Below are positions 1 to 11,400 of a stretch of DNA of 27,021 nt, piece after piece. The notes under the pieces are model-generated. The model saw only the letters and a list, made by a program, of their open reading frames with translations. It made no database searches and had not been told where the DNA came from. Positions within the stretch are counted from its first letter, which is position 1. Every line of letters begins with the position of its first letter. Both the position numbers and the translations under genes were made by a program. Where the stretch lies: contig MU053859.1 in NCBI GenBank assembly GCA_013239625.1, positions 124,001-151,021 on the forward strand. Reading direction: 5' to 3'. The stretch comes from Lama guanicoe. Its lineage: Eukaryota.

Positions 1-59
1 TTTTAAGTTAAGGGATTGCCACCCCCCAGGGAATTAATCTATTATTCGATCGTTTTTAG

Positions 60-229
60 TTGAAAAGCACAAATCTTCCACGGAACACGTGTCATGCTTG
101 GATGGCTGGATTGGCTACCTAGGAAAGTGCTTCTATTTTTCTGAAAATACAACCACCTGGGCAGCAAGTCAGAACTTCTGTGCCGCTCACGCTGCAAACC
201 TCGCTGTGTTCAACACCACCAAAGAGCTG
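60..229 (+). CDS. CLEC2-like gene, first CTLD exon (170 nt)
   Basis: Acceptor tttttag ends at 59; donor CTG|gtgagg at 230. Encodes SCLDGWIGYLGKCFYFSE...TTKEL. Confidence 0.92.
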
Positions 230-2159
230 GTGAGGCAATGCTTTGGAACTGTGGTTGTGTTTACAGAGGTTACAGCTGATGGGAGAGTGGAAATGGTCCA
301 AAGAAGACCCTCTCACGAAGCAGAGGAGGCCCCACTTTCCATGTCAGCTTAAACCATAGAAAGAACTCACATCAGGTCAGATCACATTCATGTCACAGGT
401 CAGGTCAGATCAAATCATGGTACGAGTTATCAGGCAACATTCAGGAGATGACTTTCCCCACTTGACTTTTCAACTGGGGGTAGGTGTATTTAGAAACAAG
501 GCATACACTAGGCCTTTTCCCTAAGCCCTACATAAAGCTATTTAAATACTGCTGCCCACTAGAATGACCCCAACTGTTCTTCAAAGATGTTCAGCCACAT
601 AATTACCCAGCTGTACATTTTCAAGAGAAATTACGGCTCCCAACCCCAGGGAAAGTCCAAAATCACAGTTCAGAATTGAGAAGTTCTAACAAAGCCCCCA
701 GTCATGATTAACAGTTGTTCATCTACTAAGTTCATGCTAAATGAAAGTTGCCTTTTGTGAGACTACATGAAAGAAATAATAAACAGAGAGTCATAGCAGA
801 CTGTTTGTCAGAGATGCTGGGAAGAATTAATAAATGAGTCATTATAGCCAAGACGATCTGGGAGCTCTGGGGCACAGAAAAGAGTGAATAGAAAACCTTA
901 AATGTATACAATACAAATTGCCCAAAACAGAAATAATTGAGACGTAGAATGTCAGAGATGGTAAGAGACAGAAAGGTTAAGACTAAGGAGCATAAGGGTA
1001 TATTTATTATTTATAGAAAACGTACTCTACCAGGAATGGGCAGAAGAGAGATTCTCCCATCCTAAAAGGCACCAAACCTAGAAAGATTTACTGACAAGTT
1101 TAATCGCGCTTTCACAGAAAAAAAAAAAAAACTTCTGTTTTACAAAAACTTCTTTAGAAAACAGAAAAGAGAGGAAGCTAACCAATGCAATTTACTACAG
1201 AAGTTGTTACCGAAGTAACACAACCCCTGACCTTACCATGAACCAGATAGTCACCTTTAAGATCTTTCCCAAGTCTGAAAGTCTGCACTTTAATAAAAGT
1301 ATATTGAAGTAGACTGAAAAAAAAAAACCCAAGAGAATGAGGGCTTTGCTATTCATTCTGTAAATATTCTATATTAAAGAATTTCCTGAAGCGATATTCT
1401 GACCATTCTCAGTATTGGATTGGACTGAGGCGAAAACCAGGGCAGACTTGGCAGTGGATAGATGGGACCGTATACAGTGGTTGGTAAGTCCTGGGTATAT
1501 AATTTACACACCTAAAGCTGGGGCTCAGAGCCTTTCCCACCATGGAGAGATCTGAGTTATAATCCACATCCACCGTTCTCCTGGAAACTTCCTTTGTGGT
1601 GGAGAATAAAATGAGCTCAGAGAAAAAGTCATACTGCAAGTTGTAATACAAATGATTTAATGTCTGTCATCTTCCAAAGGTGATGCTTCAACATGATTAT
1701 ATCATCTAACCTCCACAGCAGCTGTGAGGGGTGCATAGATTTACCTCTGTTTTACAGATGAAAAAAATCGGCGTTCAAAGATGTTGAATAATTAGATTAT
1801 CTTAGAATAATCTGCCCTTCTCCATCATATAGGGTATTGTTGTTTTGAGTTTATAAAGCTACCTTTTTAGGGCAACAAAACATACGAATTCAGTTTGCTT
1901 TATGTCCAAACAATGTGGTGTTGGGTTAGAGTAAAATCTCACACCAGAGGAAATTTTTTCTCTAGCCATTCCCATCAGTATCCATTCATTCTGTGCCCCC
2001 GCTTCTTCCTTTTTTCCTTCTGTGTTTTGTTTCAGGTTGAAAATAATTGGAATTGGAGAATGTGCTTATCTACACCAAATTGGGATTAGCAGTGCCAGTA
2101 CACATTTGGTTAGAAAATGGATTTGCAGCAAGCCAGACACATGTATACCAAGAAGCTAA
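60..2159 (+). CDS. CLEC2-family C-type lectin-like protein (CLEC2D/LLT1- or CLEC2A-like), 5'-partial; last 3 exons join(60..229,1380..1483,2036..2159)
   Basis: Manual splicing gives EKHKSSTEHVSCLDGWIGYLGKCFYFSENTTTWAASQNFCAAHAANLAVFNTTKEL|NFLKRYSDHSQYWIGLRRKPGQTWQWIDGTVYSGW|LKIIGIGECAYLHQIGISSASTHLVRKWICSKPDTCIPRS*. CLEC2 signatures present (CxxxWIGxxxKCFYFS, NFLKRY, WIGL, GECAYL, RKWICSK). Splice sites are GT-AG with phases 1/0/2. Cytoplasmic and TM exons lie upstream of the window. Confidence 0.93.
1380..1483 (+). CDS. CLEC2-like gene, second CTLD exon (104 nt, WIGL)
   Basis: Acceptor attaaag|AAT; donor TG|gtaagt. Encodes NFLKRYSDHSQYWIGLRRKPGQTWQWIDGTVYSG(W). Not shown in the ORF track. 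Confidence 0.92.
1690..1795 (-). mobile_element. MIR SINE fragment
   Basis: tcatctaacctccacagcagctgtgagg...ttttacagatgaaaaaa resembles the reverse MIR core. Confidence 0.7.
2036..2159 (+). CDS. CLEC2-like gene, terminal coding exon
   Basis: Long polypyrimidine tract plus ttcag|G. Encodes LKIIGIGECAYLHQIGISSASTHLVRKWICSKPDTCIPRS with TAA at 2157-2159. Confidence 0.92.
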
Positions 2160-2367
2160 GACATCGTAGATCTAAGATATTTCGCATAAAATGAAGTTTT
2201 TATTCCTTTTGAAATATATTAATATACAGGTACATGAAATTCATACTTAGAACTATTCACTAATGTTTCATTCAAATCTGTAAGTCCATTTTTATAAACC
2301 TATTAGATTCTTGGCATTCAAGAAATATATGCCACAACATATCTAAAGGTTTCCAAATCTATTATAG

Positions 2368-2408
2368 AATAAAATTTCTGATACGTAATACATTAAAATA
2401 TGAATAAA
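2368..2408 (+). terminator. Candidate polyadenylation signals of the CLEC2-like gene
   Basis: AATAAA at 2368-2373 and 2403-2408, 210-250 nt after the stop codon. The context is AT-rich, so usage is unproven. Confidence 0.55.
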
Positions 2409-3744
2409 AAGTTAGACATTTCAAGATATATAATCATATGACTTCAGACTGATGTCATTTAAAGCTACTTGTTTTTCTAAGTAAGAACGCTGACATTTTT
2501 ACAGTCTCATTAACTTTATTATCAATGCTAGTTGTTGGCTTTTCTTTCAGTTTTGCAATATTTGCATTATTTGAATTATGAGATTCACTCATGAATGTAG
2601 TGTAACATAGTGTGACAAGAATAGTGCGTAAGTGTGTTGATTTACTAGTTAAATCAATCTCTTTCACACACCAACCTCACAGCAAAAAAAAAAAGAAAAA
2701 ATGAAACAATAATACAATGAGTTCACGTTCAGACCATCATAGGATGGGCGTCAGGTGATGGGCAAACTGTCTGAACTAGCATAGTTCTATTTATAGATGC
2801 AAGGACCTACAACCTGAAGGGCACCAGGAATAGTGTAAATTTGGGGGACAGATCGGGGAGGGAGTGGTTTGAACTTTGTTACTCAAACTTCTTTCTATTT
2901 GAGAAAAACAGCAATTTAGGTTCTGTGTCAGAATATATACTTTTCAGAGGATATTATCTTCATGTTTACTCAAGGTTAACAATATCTCTTTGTAAAACAT
3001 AATTTTTCTTAACATAATTGTGAAACCTGTGATCTGCATCCTATGGGTGCTTAATGTATACTCGCTATTAGAAATTTAAATAGTTCTATTAAACGAATAC
3101 GTATTGGAGAGTAGGGCTAGTAAGAATTTAGGAAAATAACTTAGTAGAATTTCATTCTTTTACGTTTTCTTGTAGACGATACCATTTTCCATCTTTTAAC
3201 CTCTCTCTTTACCCTCATTTTCACTTTTTTCCTCCCTGTTCTTTATAAATGTTTATTTGATTATTTTAATCTCAACATGAATAAGGGAGATAACTGTCTA
3301 CAGGCAAGTAAGTGCCAAGACAGTAAAAGACTAAAAAAGAAAATTTCTTTCCTAGTTAAAATCAACCATTACATGGTTCCTTAGAAAACCCAGGACTTTG
3401 TTCTTAAGGTCTTAATTGTAACAACTTGTATTATTACTCCACTGTTGTCCTGTATCAGGAGTATATAAAGCTATTTTTATTGAAAATTAGACTGTAATAA
3501 ATGGTGGCAAGGAATTTAGCATTTAATCTACAGTTTGTTTAGAAAATCGGAAACTAGATAGACGAACCTTCCAACATTTAATTACCAAACAGTGTAAGAC
3601 ATATAAAAGCAAATGCACATGATGTGCAAGAAAGTTCAGTGCCAGCACAGGGAAGAAAGTGTCTCAGAAAATATAGGACAATAGCGATGAAGAATAGATG
3701 TGAAAAACGAATCCCATGTTTCTCTCCAAGTCAATCAGAGGAAC

Positions 3745-4010
3745 AGTGGTGCTATTAGCTGATATAGACAGAAAAGGATATTTTGGAATTACTGAGTTTT
3801 AGGAGTCGATAGGTAACTCCGGGGGAATGTTTAGGAGGTTGTAGGATGTACTGTTCAGGGACTCCGGAGCAAGTGTAGGCTGGATATAGGAAGTGGATGC
3901 AGACAGAGCTGCAGAGATCTAAGCTGTAAGCTTACATGACAGAGGGAGAAAAAGTGCATGGTGACAAAAGGGGGAAAGGTAGAGCTCAACCAGTAGAGCG
4001 CATGCTTAGC
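3745..4010 (-). mobile_element. L2 LINE fragment (degraded)
   Basis: Purine-rich stretch with L2-like motifs (tactgagttttagg...gtaggctggatatagg). Boundaries approximate. Confidence 0.5.
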
Positions 4011-6539
4011 GTCCTTCAGACAAATAAATCAGCTCATGTGTATTTAAGAAGCATTAAATGACAGTGATGCTTATTCTCCAGCAGATGTCGCAATATTCTG
4101 AAGTATTGGATTTTCAAACCTTCTAGTACTGAATAATGTCCAGAATTAAGTAGAAAAATATACTAATGTTTCCAGTTATAGTTTTAAAAATTACATGATC
4201 ATTGTATTAGCCTTTAATAATAGAGCAGCAATGTCAAGAATCTCTTTGTATGACTCGTGGCTTTTATGGTATCTAATTCTTTCATTACTTAATGACATAG
4301 ATTTTTTTAAATGTCTTCTTAATATTTTTTGAATTAGCATTAAAATAAAGTTACTACTTTAAAAACAAATTGAGAATCGTGGTGTTTTTTAGATAAAATC
4401 AGAAATATTCTCATATCACCATTAGGGGGCGATAATGGATAATTATGCCTGAAGTTGGAAATTTAATTTCTAAAACTATGGAAAGACAACTTCTAAGAGT
4501 TAAGCCTTTTTTATACTTGATTATACTTTTTGCTATATTTTTAAGTATAATATATATGCACTTAAATATAAATAAACCTGTATATGTATGCATATATAGA
4601 TATACACTAGTAAGTTTGAATAAAGTATAAAATTAACATGCTAAATTTTAAATGCTTAGTAGGAAAGCCAGATGTTCAAAACAACTTAATGTAAATGAGG
4701 AAAAATATATATTCAAGAATATAATCTCCTCACTGTGTGAGAGTGAATACGATACTTCATTTGACTTAAGAGAGGCTCGCTTGGAAATGGGAATGCAAAC
4801 TCAATTGATATATGGTATCTGTGGACATTTGTTCCTAGAGTAATAATTTAATACCTATGCATGATGTCATATTAAGAATTTATTGATTCTTTTTATCTTC
4901 TTGGAGTTCTGCTTTTGGCTAGTTCTAAATCATCTCAAACTTCCCACCCTTGAGTTGCCGTACCATTTGATGTGCATTTCATCTATTAAAATAATCCCAA
5001 TTTATTTGTCTTTGTCTTCTGAGAAATAGTCAAAAGATTTCTAAGAATTAAAAAAAAATCAGTGGAAAAGTAATGATATGGGCAGAAAGGAAGTCCCCAG
5101 AAGAATGAAGAAGAAAAGTAGAGTGGACAGTTCCTCCTCCTTAGCCAGGGGTGTTCAGACACGTTCACTCTGCTGAGCTGACTGCTTGGTGAACCGGAAG
5201 CAATCCTGTCTGTGCAGGGCAGACTCAGTAAGGCCCACCTTCCCGTGTGGACCTAACGCCAAAGAAGAACAAGAGGGAGTGGCTGGTGTGAAGATGCAAC
5301 TGGTCCTCTTCTTTATTTTCACACGTCTAGGCTCCCCAGTGTTAGATCTTTTTTGGTTGGTAGAGCTAATGCATCAAATGAGGTGGAAAATGATTAATTC
5401 AAAGAAGGGCCAGGGAGCAAGGGGAGCAGAAATGACATATTAAAAAGGATTTCAGGAGCAAACCTAAGCTATTTTTCCCTTCTGGGGGACTGGAGGCAGA
5501 TGTCACAGTCAGTTCTAATGGGGGTCCAAGTGGGAAGCAGAAAGTGGCCTCATTAAAAGCCTTACCTGGTGAAGCAATAATTTTCCCCAACTGTGAACAT
5601 ACGCAAAAAGCATAAACACACGTACATTCCAAAAGAAGTCTAAAAGCTTAAAGATAAAAGCTTTTAAAATGCCATAAATTATAATTGTCCAGTTTATTCC
5701 TAGAGATTTTTCCACTGAGACTCTTCTAATTTACATATTATTTCATATACTCCCCTCCCAGGTAGGATCACTATATAATTTAAAACATTAATTCGGAGGA
5801 ATGCGTGATCTAAAAATGACTTTAGATGTTGTGATTCAGGCAATCTAGTCCCTCAAAAATATACATATATGGATGTATATATGGAAATAGTACGACAAGC
5901 TTTGTTTTTATGAGGATTTTTAGACATGACTAATTAAAATCATAACAATTTTCCTCAGATCTCTTAATCTTTCATCATTTCCCTCTGCTTCCCTTCAATA
6001 ATTTCTATAATTTTTTTCCACGTTTCTCAAATGTTCCTAATAAAATAGTATGTATTTTTGTATTCATTATACTAAGTAAACATGATTTTGTGTTCTTTGT
6101 GCTTAATTTTTTGAGTCAAAAGTTTTATATTTCATTCCTTATAAATTGTAATTGCTTCTGTTCATACATATGAATTTGAAACAAGTATTTTTTAAAATTC
6201 TTGTATGATCTTGAAGTTTTACTCTTAGTGTATCTAAGACCTTAAAGTAGTTCCATTGGTGAACTTATAGTCAATCAACAAACATCACTGGAGAGACTCT
6301 CTGCTCCAAGTCTCAATGTAGGTTCTTGGTTAAAAACACAAACAAGCAACAAACCTAGGAAATTTCATTTATTGGCCCATATACATCTAACACTGACACT
6401 TATTTTGAAAAAAGAAAAACAGAATGATTTTATTTCTCTGTATGAAGGTTATGATTATCTAGACTAGAGAAGACTAGTAGTAAAAGTCTTGCTGGGAAAG
6501 TCAGAATATGTTACAAATACATAATCAACAACGTACAAA

Positions 6540-8150
6540 GTACTTATTTATCATCCATTCTGCATCAGGCACCTAGTTCACACAGTGACAAGGATTATTG
6601 ACCTTACAGAGCTTACAGTGCATAGAGACACAAGCAATTAAGCAATGGTTCAGGAAAAAAAAGAAACTAAATGTTACAATTAGATCAGCACAGGGAGCTA
6701 TGAAAATATATATTAAATCCTTATAATTTAGTCTGGAGTGGAGAACAGTCAAGGAAGTATTTTCCTCCAGATGACATTTGATTTGGCCACCTGAAAAAAA
6801 AAAAAGCAAGAGTTAAACAGGTGAGCAAGAAAAAGAACAATGTTTGTTATGCTGAGACAAATGTATGATTAGATCAGAGACGAGCCATCATGACGCATCT
6901 GGGGAACTGAACAAAGTTTCGTGTGTTTGCATCACTACAAGGGTGGAAGTCGGGGAGGAATGAAGAGGAGCTGAGACACAAAGCATTTGGTCGGAGACAG
7001 TAAAAGGTTTAAGCAATGAAATACCACTGAAGGGAATTAAGTAGTGAGTGATGTGGCCGAGTGTGAGGTTTAGAGAATCACAGTATGGAGAATGGACTTT
7101 CACAGACAAAAAAAAAAAAAAAAAAGCATGCAGTGACCCAAGATGACTGGGTGTGTAGGAAGATGTGAAAATGGACTCCAGAAGTAATTACATGATAAAA
7201 CTGACAGGACTTAAGTAGATGTTTGAATATTGAGGGTGAAAAGATGGAAGATGTCATGAAACCCTAGAAATACGGGTTTGGGAGTCAACAATAAACGGAT
7301 AGCAATTGAAGTTACAGAGTAACTTACAGCCAATGATTGCATATGATAGAGGACCCACTAAAACTCTGAGGAATATTAATATTTAAGAGATCAGAAAAGG
7401 AAAGAGACCTGCAGAAAAGACTGAGGAGGGATGGATGGAGAGGTAGAGAGAAATTCAAGAGAGCATCGTGCCGTCGACGCTAAGGTCAGAGAACATCTCA
7501 AGAAGAAAGGATCGCTTGACAAAGAGCAACGTTTTTGAGAGTTAAAAGGAAGCCTAGGAAAAGCAGAAACAGATTTTAGAAGAACTTGGAGTGGGAGGCA
7601 GAAAGAGGAAAAAGGAAGCCTAAAAATTTTTAGGAAATTTGACTCCAAAGCGGTGAGAAAAATTGGGCAGGAACTAAAAGCCACATGTGGTTAGTGAAAA
7701 TTTTTCTTGTTGCTCCCACGTTTAATTACTGATAGAAAAGGAAGCATAAGAAGACTGAGCAAATGGTGAGAAATGGGTCTCCTCAAAAAAACTAAAATGG
7801 ATGCAGTCATGACTAGAAACTCGGAGGACTTGGATATTTGATTTAGACAGAAAGAAAGATAGCTCTTTTTTTGGAAATAGGAGGAGAGGACAAACTAATA
7901 AATAAGATACAGATACAGGTGTAGACTCAGTGGTAGAAAGTTCAAGAATATATCATCCGATGGCTTCTTTAAAAAAAAAATTAAATGCTCTCCCCCTAAT
8001 GTGAATGAGAGGTATAGAGAGAGAATTATTGAGGAGACTAAAGGATACTTTGTCTGAAACAGCCACTATCATGCAGGGAGGATGACTAGGGAAATACAGT
8101 TCTAGGTAGAAACAAAGAGTCAGTTAAGGCTGACAGCCCTGGTGGATTGT
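6540..8150 (-). mobile_element. L2 LINE remnant (degraded, fragmented)
   Basis: L2-like motifs (acagagcttacagt, gtcaaggaag...gacatttga, actgacaggactt) in a long AG-rich tract. Boundaries approximate. Confidence 0.6.
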
Positions 8151-8282
8151 GACACAAATCTACACTCTTACCATCAATCATTATCACTATAATATTTGTT
8201 GTAAAAACAAAGTGTTTCCACAAAAATATATAAATTTTTTTAACTCGCACTTTTTTTTATAGGCAGGATACCTGGGATCAAT

Positions 8283-8421
8283 TCAGAGGTCATCATCTGT
8301 GGATGAAGAGATCACATTTTGACAAATCCAGTAACTCTGAAGGAGACACTTTTCAGCAAAAACACCCTTCTTGGTTATCACAGCACAGGCGTTACCTTCA
8401 ACCTCTCCCTGAACTTCAAAT
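8283..8421 (-). CDS. KLR-like receptor exon 6 (C-terminal CTLD)
   Basis: Acceptor gttttcctcgatag|A. Encodes FEVQGEVEGNACAVITKKGVFAEKCLLQSYWICQNVISSSTDDDL*. Confidence 0.92.
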
Positions 8422-11400
8422 CTATCGAGGAAAACAACGTTAGCGACGCCCATGGAAGCTGGACTCTTTCCCAGATATGAGTCCTCCCTCGGCCAAAAGC
8501 ACACAAAAGCACAACTGTGTGGTGCCTGTGTTTTTTCTCTCAGGAGAATGTACTCTCCAAGCTGGAATCTAAGACACTGTAATAGTCAGACAGGGAATGT
8601 ACATTCAAAACAATTTCTTTTATGAAGGAATTCCTCCAAATAGTTTCTTAACCAAATAACGGTCATTTGTAAATAGAAATACTACATGGAATTAAAATGA
8701 AAATAAAAATGTAAGAAACACTGGTGAAAGGTAAGAAATCCGTGTGATAGTATGAAAAGGAAAGGTCTTAGGGACTGCAGCCGTCTGCGGGTGTGCCCCG
8801 CCCCTACACTTCCTAGGTTAAAATCCTAACTCCTTGAAGTGACAGTGTGAGGAATTAGGACCTTTGAGAGGTGCTTAAATTATGAAGGTGGAACCTTCGT
8901 GAATGGGATTAGTTCCTTATAAAAGGGTCTCTAGAGAGCTCCCTGGCCCCTTCCACCATATGGGGACATGGTGAGAAGGCTCCGGCTACAAACCAGGAGC
9001 CCTCACCAAAACACAGTCATTCTCCCGCCTTGCTCTGGGAATCCCACCCTCCAGAACTGTCGAAATACGTCCCTGTTGTGTATAAGCTACTTAGTCTGTG
9101 GGATTTTGTTATAGCAGTCTGAACAGACTAAGATCTTCTAAAAACCTCCTCTCACTGTTTGTCTCTGATGATCTTCCTTGTTCTTACAAAAGGTCCTGAG
9201 AAAGAAGAACACTCTTTGGCACACCTAGACTCCACCTGCTAAAGACGCAACAGCGACCCCAGACCGGATGAGGAGGGGGAGGAGTTAGAGAGAGGAGGAG
9301 GGAAGAAGATCAATCCCCTTCAAAATTTTTAAACTCACATGGACACCCCAACAAGAGTATTTCTGTGCTCGTATGTAAATAAGGATGTACCCAACCCCCT
9401 CACCCTTAACACAGAAGGAAACTGCCCCTAAATTCTGTTTCTTTTCCTGTCTTCAACAAATAAGCCACAAGAAATCTTAAAAATCAGAAAATACTCAAAG
9501 AACCAGATTAGCAAATTAATCATTCTAAGCAAGTCTGAATGTGGGTTGACGGAACATCACTTTAAAAATACGGGAATAGATTTCTACTAGACATAATCAA
9601 AGGTAAAAATTTTAAATTAATTTAGTGTGTGTGGTATACAGAGATTATGACATGTGTGGGTACAGAACATAAATTTTAACAGGAGAGACTGTAAATAGTC
9701 TCTGGGTAAGAACATTCATTCATTCATTCATATTCACTCATGCATTTGTAGGGTGATTTTCTTAATATTTCCCAACAATTGAAGTCATTAATCAAAATAA
9801 TGATACTAGTACTAAAAAAAATACTAATCAAAATAAAGATTATTCTGTAAATCTTTAAGAAACACTTTGTAAGAATTTAAATTAGAGACTTCTACATTGA
9901 CCATGATTTTCCATTTATAGCATTATTTCCATTTATAGCATTATCTGTAAATTAAAAGAAAGTCCAAATATGAAAATACATTAGCTTAGGAGCTTTTATT
10001 TCACTAAGGCAAATTTCCTGCCCATTTGCACACTAATAATAATTAAAGTCTTCAATCTGTGGGAACCAACTGGCTACCTGGAGGTTCAGGCAGCCCCCGT
10101 AAGGATTGGTACCCAAATGCCAACACTCACAACTGTAGATTTAATGGGGTACTATCCAGCCAGGTCCATGCCTTTTGTGGATATGTAATGTTCAATCCGA
10201 TCCAAAAGTAAATCCCATCTTGTATATTGCTCTGCACGAAATCCTGTGAAAGGAGGTCCAGAGGAAATTGTTACACCTATTGAAATAGCTTCTTCTGACT
10301 TTTAATAGGACTTGAAAGTTTTTGATACTTATCTTTCTATTTAGTAAAGTATTAAGAAGGCTGACGAGGTTTCCTATATATGTGTGTGTGTGGAGAAGGA
10401 AATTGATAAGGGAAGGTTTTCAAAACACTCTTGTGTACATGCATACATTATGTGAAAATGTGTACTACTTAATGGAGTTCATGAGGATGATGGTATAAAT
10501 TGCAACTGATGAAAGAGTTGCAAAGAGAAGATGAAGCAAAAACTAGGAATTAATAAGTCTGCCTAAAGGAGCAACAACTATCTCTGATGGCTGACGTCCA
10601 CCAGTGTGCAGTTGTGAATAAGATGGATGCTTATGGTGAAACTAAGTAATGAAACTAACGAACCCCAGACACTAGGCATAGTGTAAGGTATTGATAACGC
10701 TTTCGGTGAGCACCTCAAAGAGCTCCTATCTTTCTCTCCCAGAGATAATGTGAAAGGGTGGCATCAATATCCCAGTGAAATAGGCAAGTTTATACAACCT
10801 GTCAAGTTCTGCAGATTCCTCTTAGGGAAATACTGCCTAGCTCATAAGGTTATTGTGAGCACTAAGTTATATAACCTTTGTAACATGCCTACCACAGTGC
10901 CTGGCATATGGTAGGAATTTGGTAAGTGGCAGTCATTATTTGTCCTATAATTCTTTCATTATAAAATATACTTATTTCTCTTAGCTTTAAAGGGGCTTTT
11001 TTCATAGCAAATCAGCTCTTACCAGTTCAGCCTTGTCTTGGATTATCAAGAGATGTGACTTCGTTATTGAACAGGCTTTTTGGCTATCAATCCATGATTT
11101 AAAGGTTCTGAAAAAGTTATAGCATTTCTCTTCTTTCTGCACCCAGTCATTAAGGCATAAGTTTAGGCTAGGTTTTTCTGAAATAGAAAAATAGAAGGAA
11201 TAGGATTGAGCAAGGTTTGAGTATCAAAAACCATTTTGGCATTAATTTTGCAAACTAGTTCTTTAAAAATAAAGGTTTTTGCCTCACTTTTAAGAAATGA
11301 ACTCCTCTTCCACTGATAAATAGTCTTTAGAAGCAATAAATGCCAGAAATAGTCATAGTTATTATTGGTTAATTACTACAGGTCGGATAATTTCCTGAAT

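Noticed and set aside
89..352. 87-aa ORF as a standalone gene
   Set aside because: Only 89-229 is exonic; the remainder is intron read-through past the GT donor at 230.
8422..8504. N-terminal part of the 73-aa minus ORF
   Set aside because: Intronic sequence upstream of the exon 6 acceptor at 8421.
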